A stretch of DNA of 64,000 nt from an uncultured Eubacteriales bacterium (lineage in GTDB: Bacteria; Bacillota; Clostridia; Oscillospirales; UBA644): positions 23,344 to 87,343 of the forward strand of contig CAJLLT010000005.1 of assembly GCA_905207625.1 (NCBI GenBank), read 5' to 3'. The position numbers were made by a program, and so were the translations under genes. Under the pieces are notes generated by a model, which saw nothing but the letters and a program-made list of their open reading frames with translations, was not told the origin of the DNA and did no database searches. Shown here piece by piece: positions 38,231-47,607 of the stretch (its first letter is position 1; each line of letters starts with the position of its first letter).

Positions 38231-38259
38231 ATGATAACATAATCCCCGTTTTTTTTCAA
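38231..38259 (-). promoter_or_regulatory. Candidate promoter for the 37193-38167 membrane-protein gene
   Basis: On the minus strand: TTGAAA, 17 nt, TATCAT. Confidence 0.4.
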
Positions 38260-38321
38260 CAGTTGTTTCCGGTTTATGTTATCTTGTAAAAGAAATTTCA
38301 CAATATCTTAACGGTTAAACA

Positions 38322-38366
38322 GAAAAAGCAAAGAAGCCATCGCGCAGAAACATACAGCGATGGCTT
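38322..38366 (-). terminator. Terminator after the sugar-catabolic operon
   Basis: Stem AAGCCATCGC / GCGATGGCTT with a 13-nt loop, followed on the minus strand by CTTTGCTTTTT. Confidence 0.65.
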
Positions 38367-38435
38367 TTTCATGCAATTATGATCCGTATTTTTCAGACGC
38401 AGCACGAATTCGGGTTTTCAGAACTCCCGGATCTT

Positions 38436-39269
38436 TTATTCCTTACCGCTGAAAACCTTCATGGCATGAAGCGCGTTTTCCTTCATGGCTTTTGTGGCGG
38501 TGACGGCAATATCGTGGAAATAAGTCTTGTCCGAGCTTTCCGCAACCGCATTTCCTCCGGCTTTTGCCATATAGGTGTAGTAATTTATCTTCCTTATCCC
38601 CCGGGCAATGACGTTCCGGTAATCCTCATCGGAAATGCCGCTGCCGCCATGCATGACAAGGGGAATGTCAACAAGACTGTCCACTTTTTCGAGGCGGGGA
38701 AGGTCGAGTTTCGGTTGTTTGAGATATATTCCGTGTACCGTACCGAAAGCACAGGCAAGGGCGTCTATACCGGACTGCTCAACAAAGCTCTTTGCCGCCT
38801 CAGGGTTGGTATACAGATTATCAGGATCATCCGGGGCCTTATCCCTGATGCCCATGCTTCCCATTTCAGCCTCAACGCTCGCCCCGTATCCTTCAGCCAT
38901 TTCCACAGCCGCACAGGTATTGGCAAGATTTATGTCATAGGGCAGATTCGAGCCATCGTACATGATAGAGGTAAAACCGAGATCGAGGGCTTTTTTCAGA
39001 TAATAAAGATCCGTACCGTGATCAAGGTGCACAGACACCGGGACCTTTGCCCTTTCAGCCATCATCAGCATTACCCTTCCGATCACGTCAAGTTTGCACA
39101 GTCCCATTTCTTCATGTACCTGGGCATGCATTATCACTACGGGAACATCAAGTTCCTCAGCGGCGGCAATGACCGCTTCCACACATTCCAGTCCGGTGGT
39201 ATTGAAAGAACCGACGGCACATTTTTTTGCCTCGGCTATTTTAAGTATCTGTTTCAGAGTTACAAGCAT
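38436..39269 (-). CDS. Class II ketose-(bis)phosphate aldolase family protein (FbaA/GatY/KbaY fold)
   Basis: N-terminus LKIAEAKKCAVGSFN and the metal ligands HLDHG, GTVHGIY and VMHGGSG. Confidence 0.85.
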   Translation of the reverse strand: MLVTLKQILKIAEAKKCAVGSFNTTGLECVEAVIAAAEELDVPVVIMHAQVHEEMGLCKLDVIGRVMLMMAERAKVPVSVHLDHGTDLYYLKKALDLGFTSIMYDGSNLPYDINLANTCAAVEMAEGYGASVEAEMGSMGIRDKAPDDPDNLYTNPEAAKSFVEQSGIDALACAFGTVHGIYLKQPKLDLPRLEKVDSLVDIPLVMHGGSGISDEDYRNVIARGIRKINYYTYMAKAGGNAVAESSDKTYFHDIAVTATKAMKENALHAMKVFSGKE

Positions 39270-39307
39270 TTTCAGTCTTCCTTTCCTTTTTCCGCTTCTG
39301 CGGAGGT

Positions 39308-40282
39308 TCAGTTCACATTTTCCAAGGTAACGGTAACGGTCTGTTCCGCAACCTGTCCGGGGGCAAGAAATTTAAGTTTTCCGGACTTTCTCAGGACGTC
39401 TCTGCCGTCAGGGGTACAGTTTCCGGGTTCAAGCCCGAGAACATATTCCCCACGCTGCATCAGTTTCCACTGGGTAAAAAAGGGCAGTGCATCCAGATCA
39501 AAATCGAGACTGACACGAACGCCGCTTTCAGGGTCGGTCAGACTTACTTTCCCCTCGGAAAGGGTGTGGTAGTAGCACTGTTCTTCAAAATCGGACTGCG
39601 GTTCCGTAATCTCAAAGGCAGTGTTAAGTCCCTCTGCCGCACGCCGGTTACGGGGAGCTGTCTGCCGGCTCGGAATACTGAGCTCCGCACAGGGAGAAAG
39701 CATCGGGTAGCCGAAATTGAAGTGATAAAGGATCATGTACGGGGTTTGTTTCGCCCCGATATTTTCCACCCGGTCGTGAAGAATTATTCTGCCCGAACCG
39801 TCGAGAGGACAGACATATTCCCGGGTCAGGACCAGTTTATCGGCAAAAAGAGCCGCGTCCCGCACGGTAAGGCTTATCCTGATCATGTTTCCGTCATCGG
39901 AAAACGAAAGGTTTTCCGCCGGGGTATTTGCGATTGTCCCGTGCAAAGGCAGGGGCTGTCCCTCATCGGTACAGGGAGAACCGACGGCGGTAAGACCACA
40001 GGTGGTCATGAATCCGGCAGTGAAGGATTTAAGAAACCCCGCACCAACAGGGTCATAATACTGGGGAGAAACATATCCGCAAGGAGCGAAAAAGCCTATG
40101 TTCATACCTCTCCAGCTCAACCTGGATATGTCACCGCAACGGTCGGCGCTTACGGTAAAACTCAACCCCCGACCGTCATCAGCCTGCACAAGGCGCATCC
40201 CGTCACCTTTTCCGCCCACAAGACGGTGCAGTTCCACCCGATGAAGCTGGGAAGGATGACCGATATAGTCAGACAGATTCAT
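39308..40282 (-). CDS. Aldose-1-epimerase-superfamily protein (DUF4432-like)
   Basis: 324 aa, all-beta-looking, with RLSWRGMNIGFF and LPLHGTIANTPAE (a mutarotase-like His). The family name comes from memory only. Confidence 0.6.
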   Translation of the reverse strand: MNLSDYIGHPSQLHRVELHRLVGGKGDGMRLVQADDGRGLSFTVSADRCGDISRLSWRGMNIGFFAPCGYVSPQYYDPVGAGFLKSFTAGFMTTCGLTAVGSPCTDEGQPLPLHGTIANTPAENLSFSDDGNMIRISLTVRDAALFADKLVLTREYVCPLDGSGRIILHDRVENIGAKQTPYMILYHFNFGYPMLSPCAELSIPSRQTAPRNRRAAEGLNTAFEITEPQSDFEEQCYYHTLSEGKVSLTDPESGVRVSLDFDLDALPFFTQWKLMQRGEYVLGLEPGNCTPDGRDVLRKSGKLKFLAPGQVAEQTVTVTLENVN

Positions 40283-40283
40283 A

Positions 40284-41711
40284 TTATGCCTCCTTTTTTC
40301 TCAGTTCAAGAGTCAACGGGTACATACGCTTGTATTTTTCATACATTTCGTCATAGAAAGCTTTTCTTGCCGGATCGGGAACAAAGGTCTCCCCTTCCCG
40401 GGAAAATATATCCGCGGCTTCGGTCAGTGTTTTTACCAAACCCATGGATCTTGCGCAGATCATTATCACGCCGGCTGCCCCCACCTCGGGAACGTCAATT
40501 GCGGTAAGAGGAAGTCCCGTTATATCCGCTTTTATCCGGTTCCAGACACGGCTCCTGCCTCCGCCGCCGGTTACAAGTATTCGTGACGGATGAACTCCGC
40601 CTTCGGACATCATATCCATATTTATCCGGAACTCATAAGCCACACCCTCCATCAGCGCACGGTAAAGATCGGCTTTTGTGCTCGAAAGGGTCATGCCCCA
40701 TACAAGGGACTTTGAATCCAGATCCATATAAGGTGTTGCGGCACCCGCAAGATGAGGTAAAAACAGTATGTTTCCGGGGTCTTCACCAACAGACGCGTCC
40801 AGAGAGGAGTAGCTCTCACCGGGGGCAAAGCCGTCGCGGAACCATCTCAGTGCAGAGCCTCCGGTATATGAAAAGGCACAGCCGGCGAAAAGTCCGCCCG
40901 TATAGGGTAAAAACGATGCCCCCGCGCGCATGCATTTCCGGTTTTCCGGGAGTGCGGACATTATCGGAGTAAAGCACTCCACGCTTCCGCTGCCGTCCAC
41001 TGCGTCCCCAGCACGGAGAGCTCCCGCACCGATGGCGGCGGCACTCTGATCGTGCATGGTGATGATTATCTTTGTACCGGAAAGTCCGAATCTGTCAGAC
41101 ACCCCGGCAACAGTTCCGTCAGGCACCGGCTCAGACATAAGGGATATATCTATACCGGCATGGGCAAAAAGATCTCTGTCCCAAGTCTTTTTCCGAACGT
41201 CAAAGCCCATGGTGCGTGCGGCCGAGGAATAGCTTATAACCCGGCTCCCGGTAAGGAAATATACCACAAAATCGCTCATAAGAAGTATTTTTGAGGTCTT
41301 TTCCACGATCTCGGGCTGATGCAGTCTCATCCACATAAGTTTCGGGAGAGTGTACATCGCCGCAGGAGTACAGCAGCAGACACTTTCAACCCTGTCCCGG
41401 TCAAAGGTCCGGCTTTCCTCATCCCCCCGGGGATCATCGTACAGCATTGTACGGTTCAGGATCCGGTCATTCTCATCCAGTAAAACAAAGGATTCACCGA
41501 AGGAGGTTACCCCAAGGGCTTCAAGGCTCACCGAAACCGAAGAAATAACCTTCTCCACCGCTTTGAGTATCAGTCCTGCGTCCAGAGTATGCGTGCCGCC
41601 GGTATGTTCCGCTTCATAGGGCTCGTAATGACTTTCGATATAATTTCCGGAGTCGTCGCAGACGGTGACCTTGCAACCTCCGCTTCCCACATCAAGTCCG
41701 CCGAGATACAT
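40284..41711 (-). CDS. FGGY-family carbohydrate kinase
   Basis: N-terminus LGGLDVGSGGCKVTV and C-terminus VTGGGGRSRVWNRIKADITG. Confidence 0.85.
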   Translation of the reverse strand: MYLGGLDVGSGGCKVTVCDDSGNYIESHYEPYEAEHTGGTHTLDAGLILKAVEKVISSVSVSLEALGVTSFGESFVLLDENDRILNRTMLYDDPRGDEESRTFDRDRVESVCCCTPAAMYTLPKLMWMRLHQPEIVEKTSKILLMSDFVVYFLTGSRVISYSSAARTMGFDVRKKTWDRDLFAHAGIDISLMSEPVPDGTVAGVSDRFGLSGTKIIITMHDQSAAAIGAGALRAGDAVDGSGSVECFTPIMSALPENRKCMRAGASFLPYTGGLFAGCAFSYTGGSALRWFRDGFAPGESYSSLDASVGEDPGNILFLPHLAGAATPYMDLDSKSLVWGMTLSSTKADLYRALMEGVAYEFRINMDMMSEGGVHPSRILVTGGGGRSRVWNRIKADITGLPLTAIDVPEVGAAGVIMICARSMGLVKTLTEAADIFSREGETFVPDPARKAFYDEMYEKYKRMYPLTLELRKKEA

Positions 41712-41725
41712 TTGTCAGTCTCCTC

Positions 41726-43114
41726 TCAGATCTCTATCATATCGTAGCCCAGATAATACGTAAAGGCTTCACGGAGAATATCCGCCATGTGACCAACGCC
41801 AACAGCCGTATGGTGACGGAAACCGCTTCTGCCCAGAGTAATGAGCTTTTTCTGGAGTCCGTCAATGTGCGCAACTCCGCCGCAACCGAAGAATTCAGGC
41901 TCGATCTCTTCGCCGGTGAACTCACCTTCCCCCACATAGAAGGTCAGCTTGCCGTCCTCTGTTTTGCAGTTGGAGAAGGTCATGGGGAAAGCGGCTATGC
42001 GCCCCTCATTACTGCCCCAGCCACAGCCGGGATTTGCTTTTGCAAACATTTTATGGTCTGTAACAGTGCCCTTCCCGGTCATGAGGGACTGGGCAATCGG
42101 TCCGCAGTGGAAAAGTATCACCTTATCCGGATCATTGCCGTAGTTATTGTTCCAGTCAACGCAAGCGGTGGGCTTTTCAGAGGCAAGAGCCATGGATCTC
42201 ATGTTTATGGCGGAGCAAAGGTCTATTTCGCAGGAGGCAACTATGCCTCTGTCGTTAAGTTCACTGAGCAGTACGCAGGGAGCGACTCCCAGAACGGACT
42301 GCATTTCCTCCCAGCAACGCAATGTTATGCAGTCAAGTCTGAAATCGGTTATATACCGGTCAAGTATGACCGAGACCTTTGCAAGAACGGTAAGCTTTTC
42401 ATCCGGAACCCTGGAAAAATCAGTATATTCGGTAAGTCTTACCCGTTTGACCAGAACTGCCGGATCGTTATCCGGAAGCTGAGACACTTTGTAGAAGAGC
42501 TCCGAAAGATCAAAGGTCTCCACCGTGATTCCGTATTTCTGAAGAGTTATTTCATCAAAACGAACGGTCTTGAATTTGGAGGTACGGGCACCTATACAGC
42601 CCACGGTAAAACGGCGCATGCCGTTGACCACACGGCAGACAGCGGCAAAATCGTCTAGGTTTCGTCTGAATTCGGGACTTGCAGGACTAACCACATGGGG
42701 CTCGAAAACAGTATACGGAATGCCATACTGATGGAAAACGTCCTCTATGCTGAATTTTCCGCAGAAAGAGTCCCGGCGGTGTTCAAAATCCATTTTTCCG
42801 ATCTCATCGGGATAAGCCTGGATAAGAATGGGTTTACCCGCATCCCGGAGCGCGGCGACAGCCCCGTTTTCATCACTGAAATTGGGCAGGGACATTATAA
42901 CTCCGTCATACTCGCCTTCATGGGAATGAAGCCACTCGGCATAAGCATACCCCTCATCCCTGGTCTCCACAGCCCCGTATCGGGTCATTTCAGCCGGAGG
43001 CATAAGGTATTCATATCCGGCATCGGACACAGCCGCGGAAACTTCGGCACGGGCGGTACCGATAAGAGATGCGGGGAAAAAGCCGCGATTTCCGAAATAG
43101 AGTGCGAATTTCAT
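41726..43114 (-). CDS. L-fucose/L-arabinose isomerase-superfamily protein (short FucI-like form)
   Basis: 462 aa starting MKFALYFGNRGFFPASL... Start set to ATG 43112-43114. It is distinct from the canonical fucI at the window start. Confidence 0.7.
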   Translation of the reverse strand: MKFALYFGNRGFFPASLIGTARAEVSAAVSDAGYEYLMPPAEMTRYGAVETRDEGYAYAEWLHSHEGEYDGVIMSLPNFSDENGAVAALRDAGKPILIQAYPDEIGKMDFEHRRDSFCGKFSIEDVFHQYGIPYTVFEPHVVSPASPEFRRNLDDFAAVCRVVNGMRRFTVGCIGARTSKFKTVRFDEITLQKYGITVETFDLSELFYKVSQLPDNDPAVLVKRVRLTEYTDFSRVPDEKLTVLAKVSVILDRYITDFRLDCITLRCWEEMQSVLGVAPCVLLSELNDRGIVASCEIDLCSAINMRSMALASEKPTACVDWNNNYGNDPDKVILFHCGPIAQSLMTGKGTVTDHKMFAKANPGCGWGSNEGRIAAFPMTFSNCKTEDGKLTFYVGEGEFTGEEIEPEFFGCGGVAHIDGLQKKLITLGRSGFRHHTAVGVGHMADILREAFTYYLGYDMIEI

Positions 43115-43187
43115 AATAACAAGACCATCCTTCATGTCAAAAATTTCTATCAGGATATTACAGAGGAAAAAAATTTCTTCTGTCCAC

Positions 43188-43216
43188 TTGATTTTAGCAT
43201 ATTTTCCTGTTATAAT
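43188..43216 (+). promoter_or_regulatory. Sigma-A promoter for the PocR/AraC regulator
   Basis: TTGATT, 17 nt, then TGtTATAAT (extended -10). Confidence 0.55.
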
Positions 43217-43276
43217 GATAGATACAAACATACCGTAATCTGTAATTTCGTATCAACGATCCGGAGGACGATTGAG

Positions 43277-44113
43277 ATGGCTTTGAGAATCGACAGAAAA
43301 AAACTTACGGAACTGATGAAGGATTTTCACACCCTCAGCGGCATACGGCTGGTGATCTTTGACAGAGAGCTGGAAAAGGTCTGTTCGGTACCGGAGCGGG
43401 AATGTGATTTCTGTACACTGATGAAATCCGATCCCGTATCAAAAAAACTCTGCCGTGCCTGCGACGAAAAAGGTTGCAGACAAAGCAGAGAACAGGGCGG
43501 ATTATACATTTACACCTGCCATGCGGGTCTTACCGAGGCGGTATTTCCTCTCAGGTACGGCGGTGTTACTTTTGGATATATTATGTTCGGACAGCTTATT
43601 GACAGCGGGGGAAAAACCACAAAGGAACAGATATCCTCGTACGCTTCCGCCTTTTTCGAAAAAACCGCCCCCGCAGTGGAGAAACTTACAGTGAAGGATC
43701 CGGAACAGATACTCGCGGCGGCGAAACTTATGGAAACCTGCGCCTGCTACCTGTGGGTAAGCGAAATGATCAGCGGCGATGACGGCGATCTGGCGTTCCG
43801 GATAGCGGATTATATAGACAAAAACCTGGCACAGTCCCTTTCAGTTGACAGTCTGTGCGACTTTTTCCTGATAAGCAGGAGAAAGCTTTATTCCCTGTCC
43901 GAAGAACTCTTCGGTATGCCTCCGGCAGCATATATCCGACGACGAAGGATAGAAAAAGCAACTCAACTGCTTTCCTCCGGATATACCGTCTGCGCAGCCT
44001 CGGAAGCGGTGGGAATAGCGGATTATAACTATTTTTCAAAGCTGTACCGAAGACAAACGGGAAACCTCCCGGGAAATGTCCGGCGCGGGAAAAACACGGA
44101 CCGGGACACATAA
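43277..44113 (+). CDS. AraC-family transcriptional regulator with N-terminal PocR-type sensor domain
   Basis: The N-terminal Cys-rich PocR-like segment (CDFCTLMK..CRACDEKGC..YTCHAGLTEAVFPL) is followed by an AraC HTH (SVDSLCDFFLISRRKLYSLS...GIADYNYFSKLYRR). ATG 43277 has a GGAGGA RBS. Confidence 0.8.
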   Translation: MALRIDRKKLTELMKDFHTLSGIRLVIFDRELEKVCSVPERECDFCTLMKSDPVSKKLCRACDEKGCRQSREQGGLYIYTCHAGLTEAVFPLRYGGVTFGYIMFGQLIDSGGKTTKEQISSYASAFFEKTAPAVEKLTVKDPEQILAAAKLMETCACYLWVSEMISGDDGDLAFRIADYIDKNLAQSLSVDSLCDFFLISRRKLYSLSEELFGMPPAAYIRRRRIEKATQLLSSGYTVCAASEAVGIADYNYFSKLYRRQTGNLPGNVRRGKNTDRDT

Positions 44114-44126
44114 CGCTTATAAGAAT

Positions 44127-44169
44127 CCCCTTTGCGGGTCAGAACGTGACCACGCAAAGGGGATTTTTC
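44127..44169. terminator. Bidirectional terminator between the araC-like and tlpA-like genes
   Basis: 10-bp stem CCCCTTTGCG / CGCAAAGGGG followed by ATTTTTC. Confidence 0.7.
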
Positions 44170-44789
44170 TATTCCTCGGGCTGTTCAGTCTCCTGATCTG
44201 CCAGGACATCCTCCACATAACAGATAAAATCCATTTCCCGGATTTCACCGTTCCTGATCCTGTGAATATTTCCGTCGGCACAGATAAAAACGGTAAACGG
44301 GATCGTCGGAACGTTATACACGTTTTTTCCGCTCTTCCCTATATCAAAATATATCGGAAAGGAGTATCCGTTGTCGGAAATAAACTTTTTTGCCGTTTCC
44401 TCGGTCTCACGGATCCCGTCAACAAAGTCAACCATAAGAAAAGTCACTTCGTCGCCGTATCTGGCATACATATTTTCGAAACCGGGCATTTCATCCCTGC
44501 AGGATTCACACCAGGACGCCCAGAAGGTCATAACAATGGGTCTGCCGTAAAAATCGGAAAGCTTTACCGGATTTCCCTCCATATCGATAAACGAAAGATC
44601 CTTTGCGGGAACCGGATTTTCCCACGTCGGACCCGTAATATCGGAATTCCCCAGAAATGAGATAGTTCCGGTAGACAACTGATAAGCGTCAAATGCGGCC
44701 CGCATGTGCCGGTACCCTATGGTTGCGACAGCAATCAGCAATACAAACAGAGCGAATGAAAATCCCAGCCGAGCTATTCTTTTTTTCAT
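44169..44789 (-). CDS. TlpA/ResA-family membrane-anchored thiol-disulfide oxidoreductase
   Basis: An N-terminal TM anchor and the thioredoxin motif FWASWCESCRDEMP. Confidence 0.8.
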   Translation of the reverse strand: MKKRIARLGFSFALFVLLIAVATIGYRHMRAAFDAYQLSTGTISFLGNSDITGPTWENPVPAKDLSFIDMEGNPVKLSDFYGRPIVMTFWASWCESCRDEMPGFENMYARYGDEVTFLMVDFVDGIRETEETAKKFISDNGYSFPIYFDIGKSGKNVYNVPTIPFTVFICADGNIHRIRNGEIREMDFICYVEDVLADQETEQPEE

Positions 44790-44792
44790 AAA

Positions 44793-45458
44793 TTATCTCC
44801 ATTTTAAAGAGAAGACGGACATTGCCGCATCAAGCAGACCTGCCGCCATAAGAACCCCGACTGCTACCAGAAAAATACCGCAGACAAGGTTTATTATTTT
44901 GTAACTCTTTTTTATAAAATCAAATGTTTTGTTAAGTTTCTCTATAAGTACCGCGGAGATCACGAAAGGAATCCCCAGTCCGAGGGAATATGCCATCAGA
45001 AGCCAGAAGCCCAGGACTGCAGTTCCGGAGGTTGAAGCAAGTGTAAGCGCTGCCCCGAGAAAAACACCGACGCATGGCGTCAGACTCAGGGAATACGCTA
45101 TTCCGAAAAGAAACGCGGAAAAGACACAATCAGCCGTCTTGACCGTTTTCACACCTTTTGGTGTAGGTAACCGGATAAGTCCGAGATAGGACAGCCCGAA
45201 GAATACTATCAGCAGTCCGGCGATCACCCTTAAAGCTACATGGTATCTGTTCAGGAATGAACCGACAGAGCCGGCAAAAACGCCCATGGCACAGAATATA
45301 AGCGTGAACCCCGCGACAAAGGCGACCGCTCGGGCAACAACGTTTTTCTTTTTTATTTCGCCGCCGGCAAAATATGACATATACAATGGAAACATCGGCA
45401 GCATGCACGGGGATATAAAAGAAATAAAACCTTCAAGAAATGTTATGATAAATTCCAT
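44793..45458 (-). CDS. ccdA: Cytochrome c biogenesis protein CcdA (DsbD-family electron transporter)
   Basis: Six TM helices with Cys-Pro-flanked motifs ISPCMLPMFPLY and SLTPCVGVFLG. Confidence 0.8.
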   Translation of the reverse strand: MEFIITFLEGFISFISPCMLPMFPLYMSYFAGGEIKKKNVVARAVAFVAGFTLIFCAMGVFAGSVGSFLNRYHVALRVIAGLLIVFFGLSYLGLIRLPTPKGVKTVKTADCVFSAFLFGIAYSLSLTPCVGVFLGAALTLASTSGTAVLGFWLLMAYSLGLGIPFVISAVLIEKLNKTFDFIKKSYKIINLVCGIFLVAVGVLMAAGLLDAAMSVFSLKWR

Positions 45459-45549
45459 TTTGCGCTTCTTCCAGTTTTTTCTTTTTTTCCGAATCGGGAC
45501 GCTTACACCTTTTACGGTTCAGGCACCGTATCGGAAACGTCTAAATTTT

Positions 45550-45578
45550 ATTATAGCACAAAAAACACACAAATGCAA
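45550..45578 (-). promoter_or_regulatory. Candidate promoter for ccdA-tlpA
   Basis: On the minus strand: TTGCAT, 17 nt, TATAAT. Confidence 0.45.
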
Positions 45579-45708
45579 CCCCAATCGGTCAGTATTCCGG
45601 AGAATCCGTAAAATGTCTCAAAAAAACCGTTACACCAACGTATCCGGCGCAAATGACGCAGAATTATGCCTCAATCACGGGAAATATGTGTAAAAACAGC
45701 GTAAAATA

Positions 45709-45737
45709 TTGACAAAGCCGGAACGATGTTTTACAAT
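45709..45737 (+). promoter_or_regulatory. Sigma-A promoter for the SDR epimerase/dehydratase gene
   Basis: TTGACA, 17 nt, TACAAT. Confidence 0.55.
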
Positions 45738-45749
45738 TGAAATGCAAAG

Positions 45750-45790
45750 TACGGAAACCTTACGGAAAACGATACGGAAGAAAGGACGGG
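45750..45790 (+). promoter_or_regulatory. 5' leader with three TACGGAA repeats plus a GGA Shine-Dalgarno
   Basis: TACGGAA occurs at 45750, 45761 and 45773, an 11-12 nt period. AAAGGA follows at 45781-45786, just before ATG 45796. Confidence 0.3.
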
Positions 45791-45795
45791 GTAAT

Positions 45796-46833
45796 ATGTA
45801 CACAAAATATTTTATTACGGGAGCCACGGGATTCCTGGGAAATGCGGTAATACATGAGCTGATGAAGAAAAATGTACCCGTATACGCCATGGTACTGAAA
45901 ACAGACTCACTCAGGCATACATTGCCCCGGGAGATAAATGTCGTAACGGGTGATGTATGCGACGGAAAGTCCGTTGAAGACTTTTTTACGGAAGCAGACG
46001 GAAAATCCTGCGTAATACACTGTGCAGGAATAGTTTCGGTAGCCTCCGAACCCGGAAGAAAAATATACGACGTAAACGTTGCCGGCACAGGACATATAGT
46101 GTCACAGTGCATTGCACACAACGTGGGCAAACTGGTATACGTGAGCTCTGTTCACGCAATTCCGGAAAAGCCTGTGGGGCAGATCATGGACGGAAATTGC
46201 GTTATAAGCCCGGAACTTGTCAGCGGTCACTACGCAAAAAGCAAGGCGGCAGCCACCGTTCTGGTTCAGGATGCTGTGGCAAAAGGACTCAACGCGAGCA
46301 TAGTCATGCCATCCGGAATCATAGGCCCGGGAGACACCTGCGGCGGAAGTATCAGCAGTATGCTCAGTCTGCTGCTTTCGGGCAAATTGCCTGCGGCGGT
46401 CAGAGGCGGATACGATTTCGTGGATGTACGCGATGTGGCAAAAGCGACAGTCAGCTGTACCGAAAACGGCAAAGCGGGAAAACAGTACGTTTTATCCGGA
46501 CATTACGCAACAATACGGGACATTCTCGAAACGGCAAAAGAGGCGGCGGGGATAAAGAAGCGTACTTTGTATCTGCCGCTGAAAGCGGCAGAGGCAGTGG
46601 CGCCGCTATACGAAAAAATCAGTCTGTTGCGGAAGAGAAAACTGTTTTTTACCCCGTATTCGGTTGCGGTTCTTGCCTCCAACTCCGCCTTCGACAGGAG
46701 TGAAGCCCTCCGGGATCTGGATTTTTACCCGAGATCTCTGAAAGAGACCGTTACCGATGCTGTCGTCTGGCTGGGGAAAAAGTCTCTTCCGGGCAGAAAC
46801 GCAAAGCTACGGAAAAAACGCAGTTCTTCATAA
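45796..46833 (+). CDS. NAD-dependent epimerase/dehydratase (extended SDR, dihydroflavonol-reductase-like)
   Basis: Rossmann motif ITGATGFLGNAV and catalytic YAKSK. Confidence 0.8.
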   Translation: MYTKYFITGATGFLGNAVIHELMKKNVPVYAMVLKTDSLRHTLPREINVVTGDVCDGKSVEDFFTEADGKSCVIHCAGIVSVASEPGRKIYDVNVAGTGHIVSQCIAHNVGKLVYVSSVHAIPEKPVGQIMDGNCVISPELVSGHYAKSKAAATVLVQDAVAKGLNASIVMPSGIIGPGDTCGGSISSMLSLLLSGKLPAAVRGGYDFVDVRDVAKATVSCTENGKAGKQYVLSGHYATIRDILETAKEAAGIKKRTLYLPLKAAEAVAPLYEKISLLRKRKLFFTPYSVAVLASNSAFDRSEALRDLDFYPRSLKETVTDAVVWLGKKSLPGRNAKLRKKRSSS

Positions 46834-46883
46834 AACGGAGAAGCCGCAACCGGAAATATACCGGGATAGTGTTCATTGAAATA

Positions 46884-46913
46884 AAGAGGACTTTGCTTCC
46901 GCAAAGTCCTCTT
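46884..46913. terminator. Bidirectional terminator
   Basis: 13-bp stem AAGAGGACTTTGC / GCAAAGTCCTCTT with a TTCC loop. Confidence 0.7.
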
Positions 46914-46923
46914 CCGTTATATT

Positions 46924-47484
46924 TTACACAGATTTCAGGATCGTCTCCACAGCATCAGTCCAGTTTTCAACACGGGGAAACTCCGTAATCGCATCACGGT
47001 TTGCCCTGCTGTCAAAAAGTATAGCTTTTATCCCCTTTTCCGCCGCCACAGAGCAGTTTCCGGGAATATCGTCCACCAGAACGGAGATGTTTTCCCTGAC
47101 ACATGCCGCGGCTTTATCGAGAGTACATATGAGTTTATCGTATACAATGCCGCCCCGGGAAAGTTCTTCCCCAGTGGTTTTGTACGGATCGGTATAGAAA
47201 TCGGCAGTACGCCCGGTGATGATGACTATCCTGTGTCCGAGTTCACGGAGTCTTCTGATGCCGGAGGCAGCATCAGGTTTGAACGGCGTATCTGCAACTA
47301 TCCGGTCATAGTATTTCCTGCAGAAATCAAGTTCCCGGTCCTTCCATTCCTCCGGAAGATTACTGTAGGAAATATTCCGTTTATCCAGGGAATCCCTGTC
47401 CTCGCCGAAGAATTCCGCGACAAACGGCATAAAGTATTCAAAAGAATCCGTCAGAGTGTCGTCTATATCCACGGCAATATTCAT
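46924..47484 (-). CDS. HAD-superfamily hydrolase (5'(3')-deoxyribonucleotidase-like)
   Basis: HAD motif I at the N-terminus (NIAVDIDDTLTD) and motif IV (LVDDIP). Start set to ATG 47482-47484. Confidence 0.7.
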   Translation of the reverse strand: MNIAVDIDDTLTDSFEYFMPFVAEFFGEDRDSLDKRNISYSNLPEEWKDRELDFCRKYYDRIVADTPFKPDAASGIRRLRELGHRIVIITGRTADFYTDPYKTTGEELSRGGIVYDKLICTLDKAAACVRENISVLVDDIPGNCSVAAEKGIKAILFDSRANRDAITEFPRVENWTDAVETILKSV

Positions 47485-47559
47485 AAATACACCTTTACCC
47501 TTTCGTCGGAATATACTTCTCAAGGCTCGGTTCCTCAGGCAGATGTGGAATCAGTACGT

Positions 47560-47606
47560 AAAAATAAAAAAACAAAACCGACAGTCTCATCGGAAACTGT
47601 CGGTTT
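47560..47606 (-). terminator. Terminator after the tRNA pair
   Basis: 11-bp stem AAACCGACAGT / ACTGTCGGTTT followed on the minus strand by TTGTTTTTTTATTTT. Confidence 0.8.
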
Positions 47607-47607
47607 C

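Noticed and set aside
38379-39572. 397-aa + strand ORF opposite the class II aldolase and the 3' end of the DUF4432-like gene.
   Set aside because: It is antisense to two motif-supported genes and passes through their intergenic spacer. There is no RBS.
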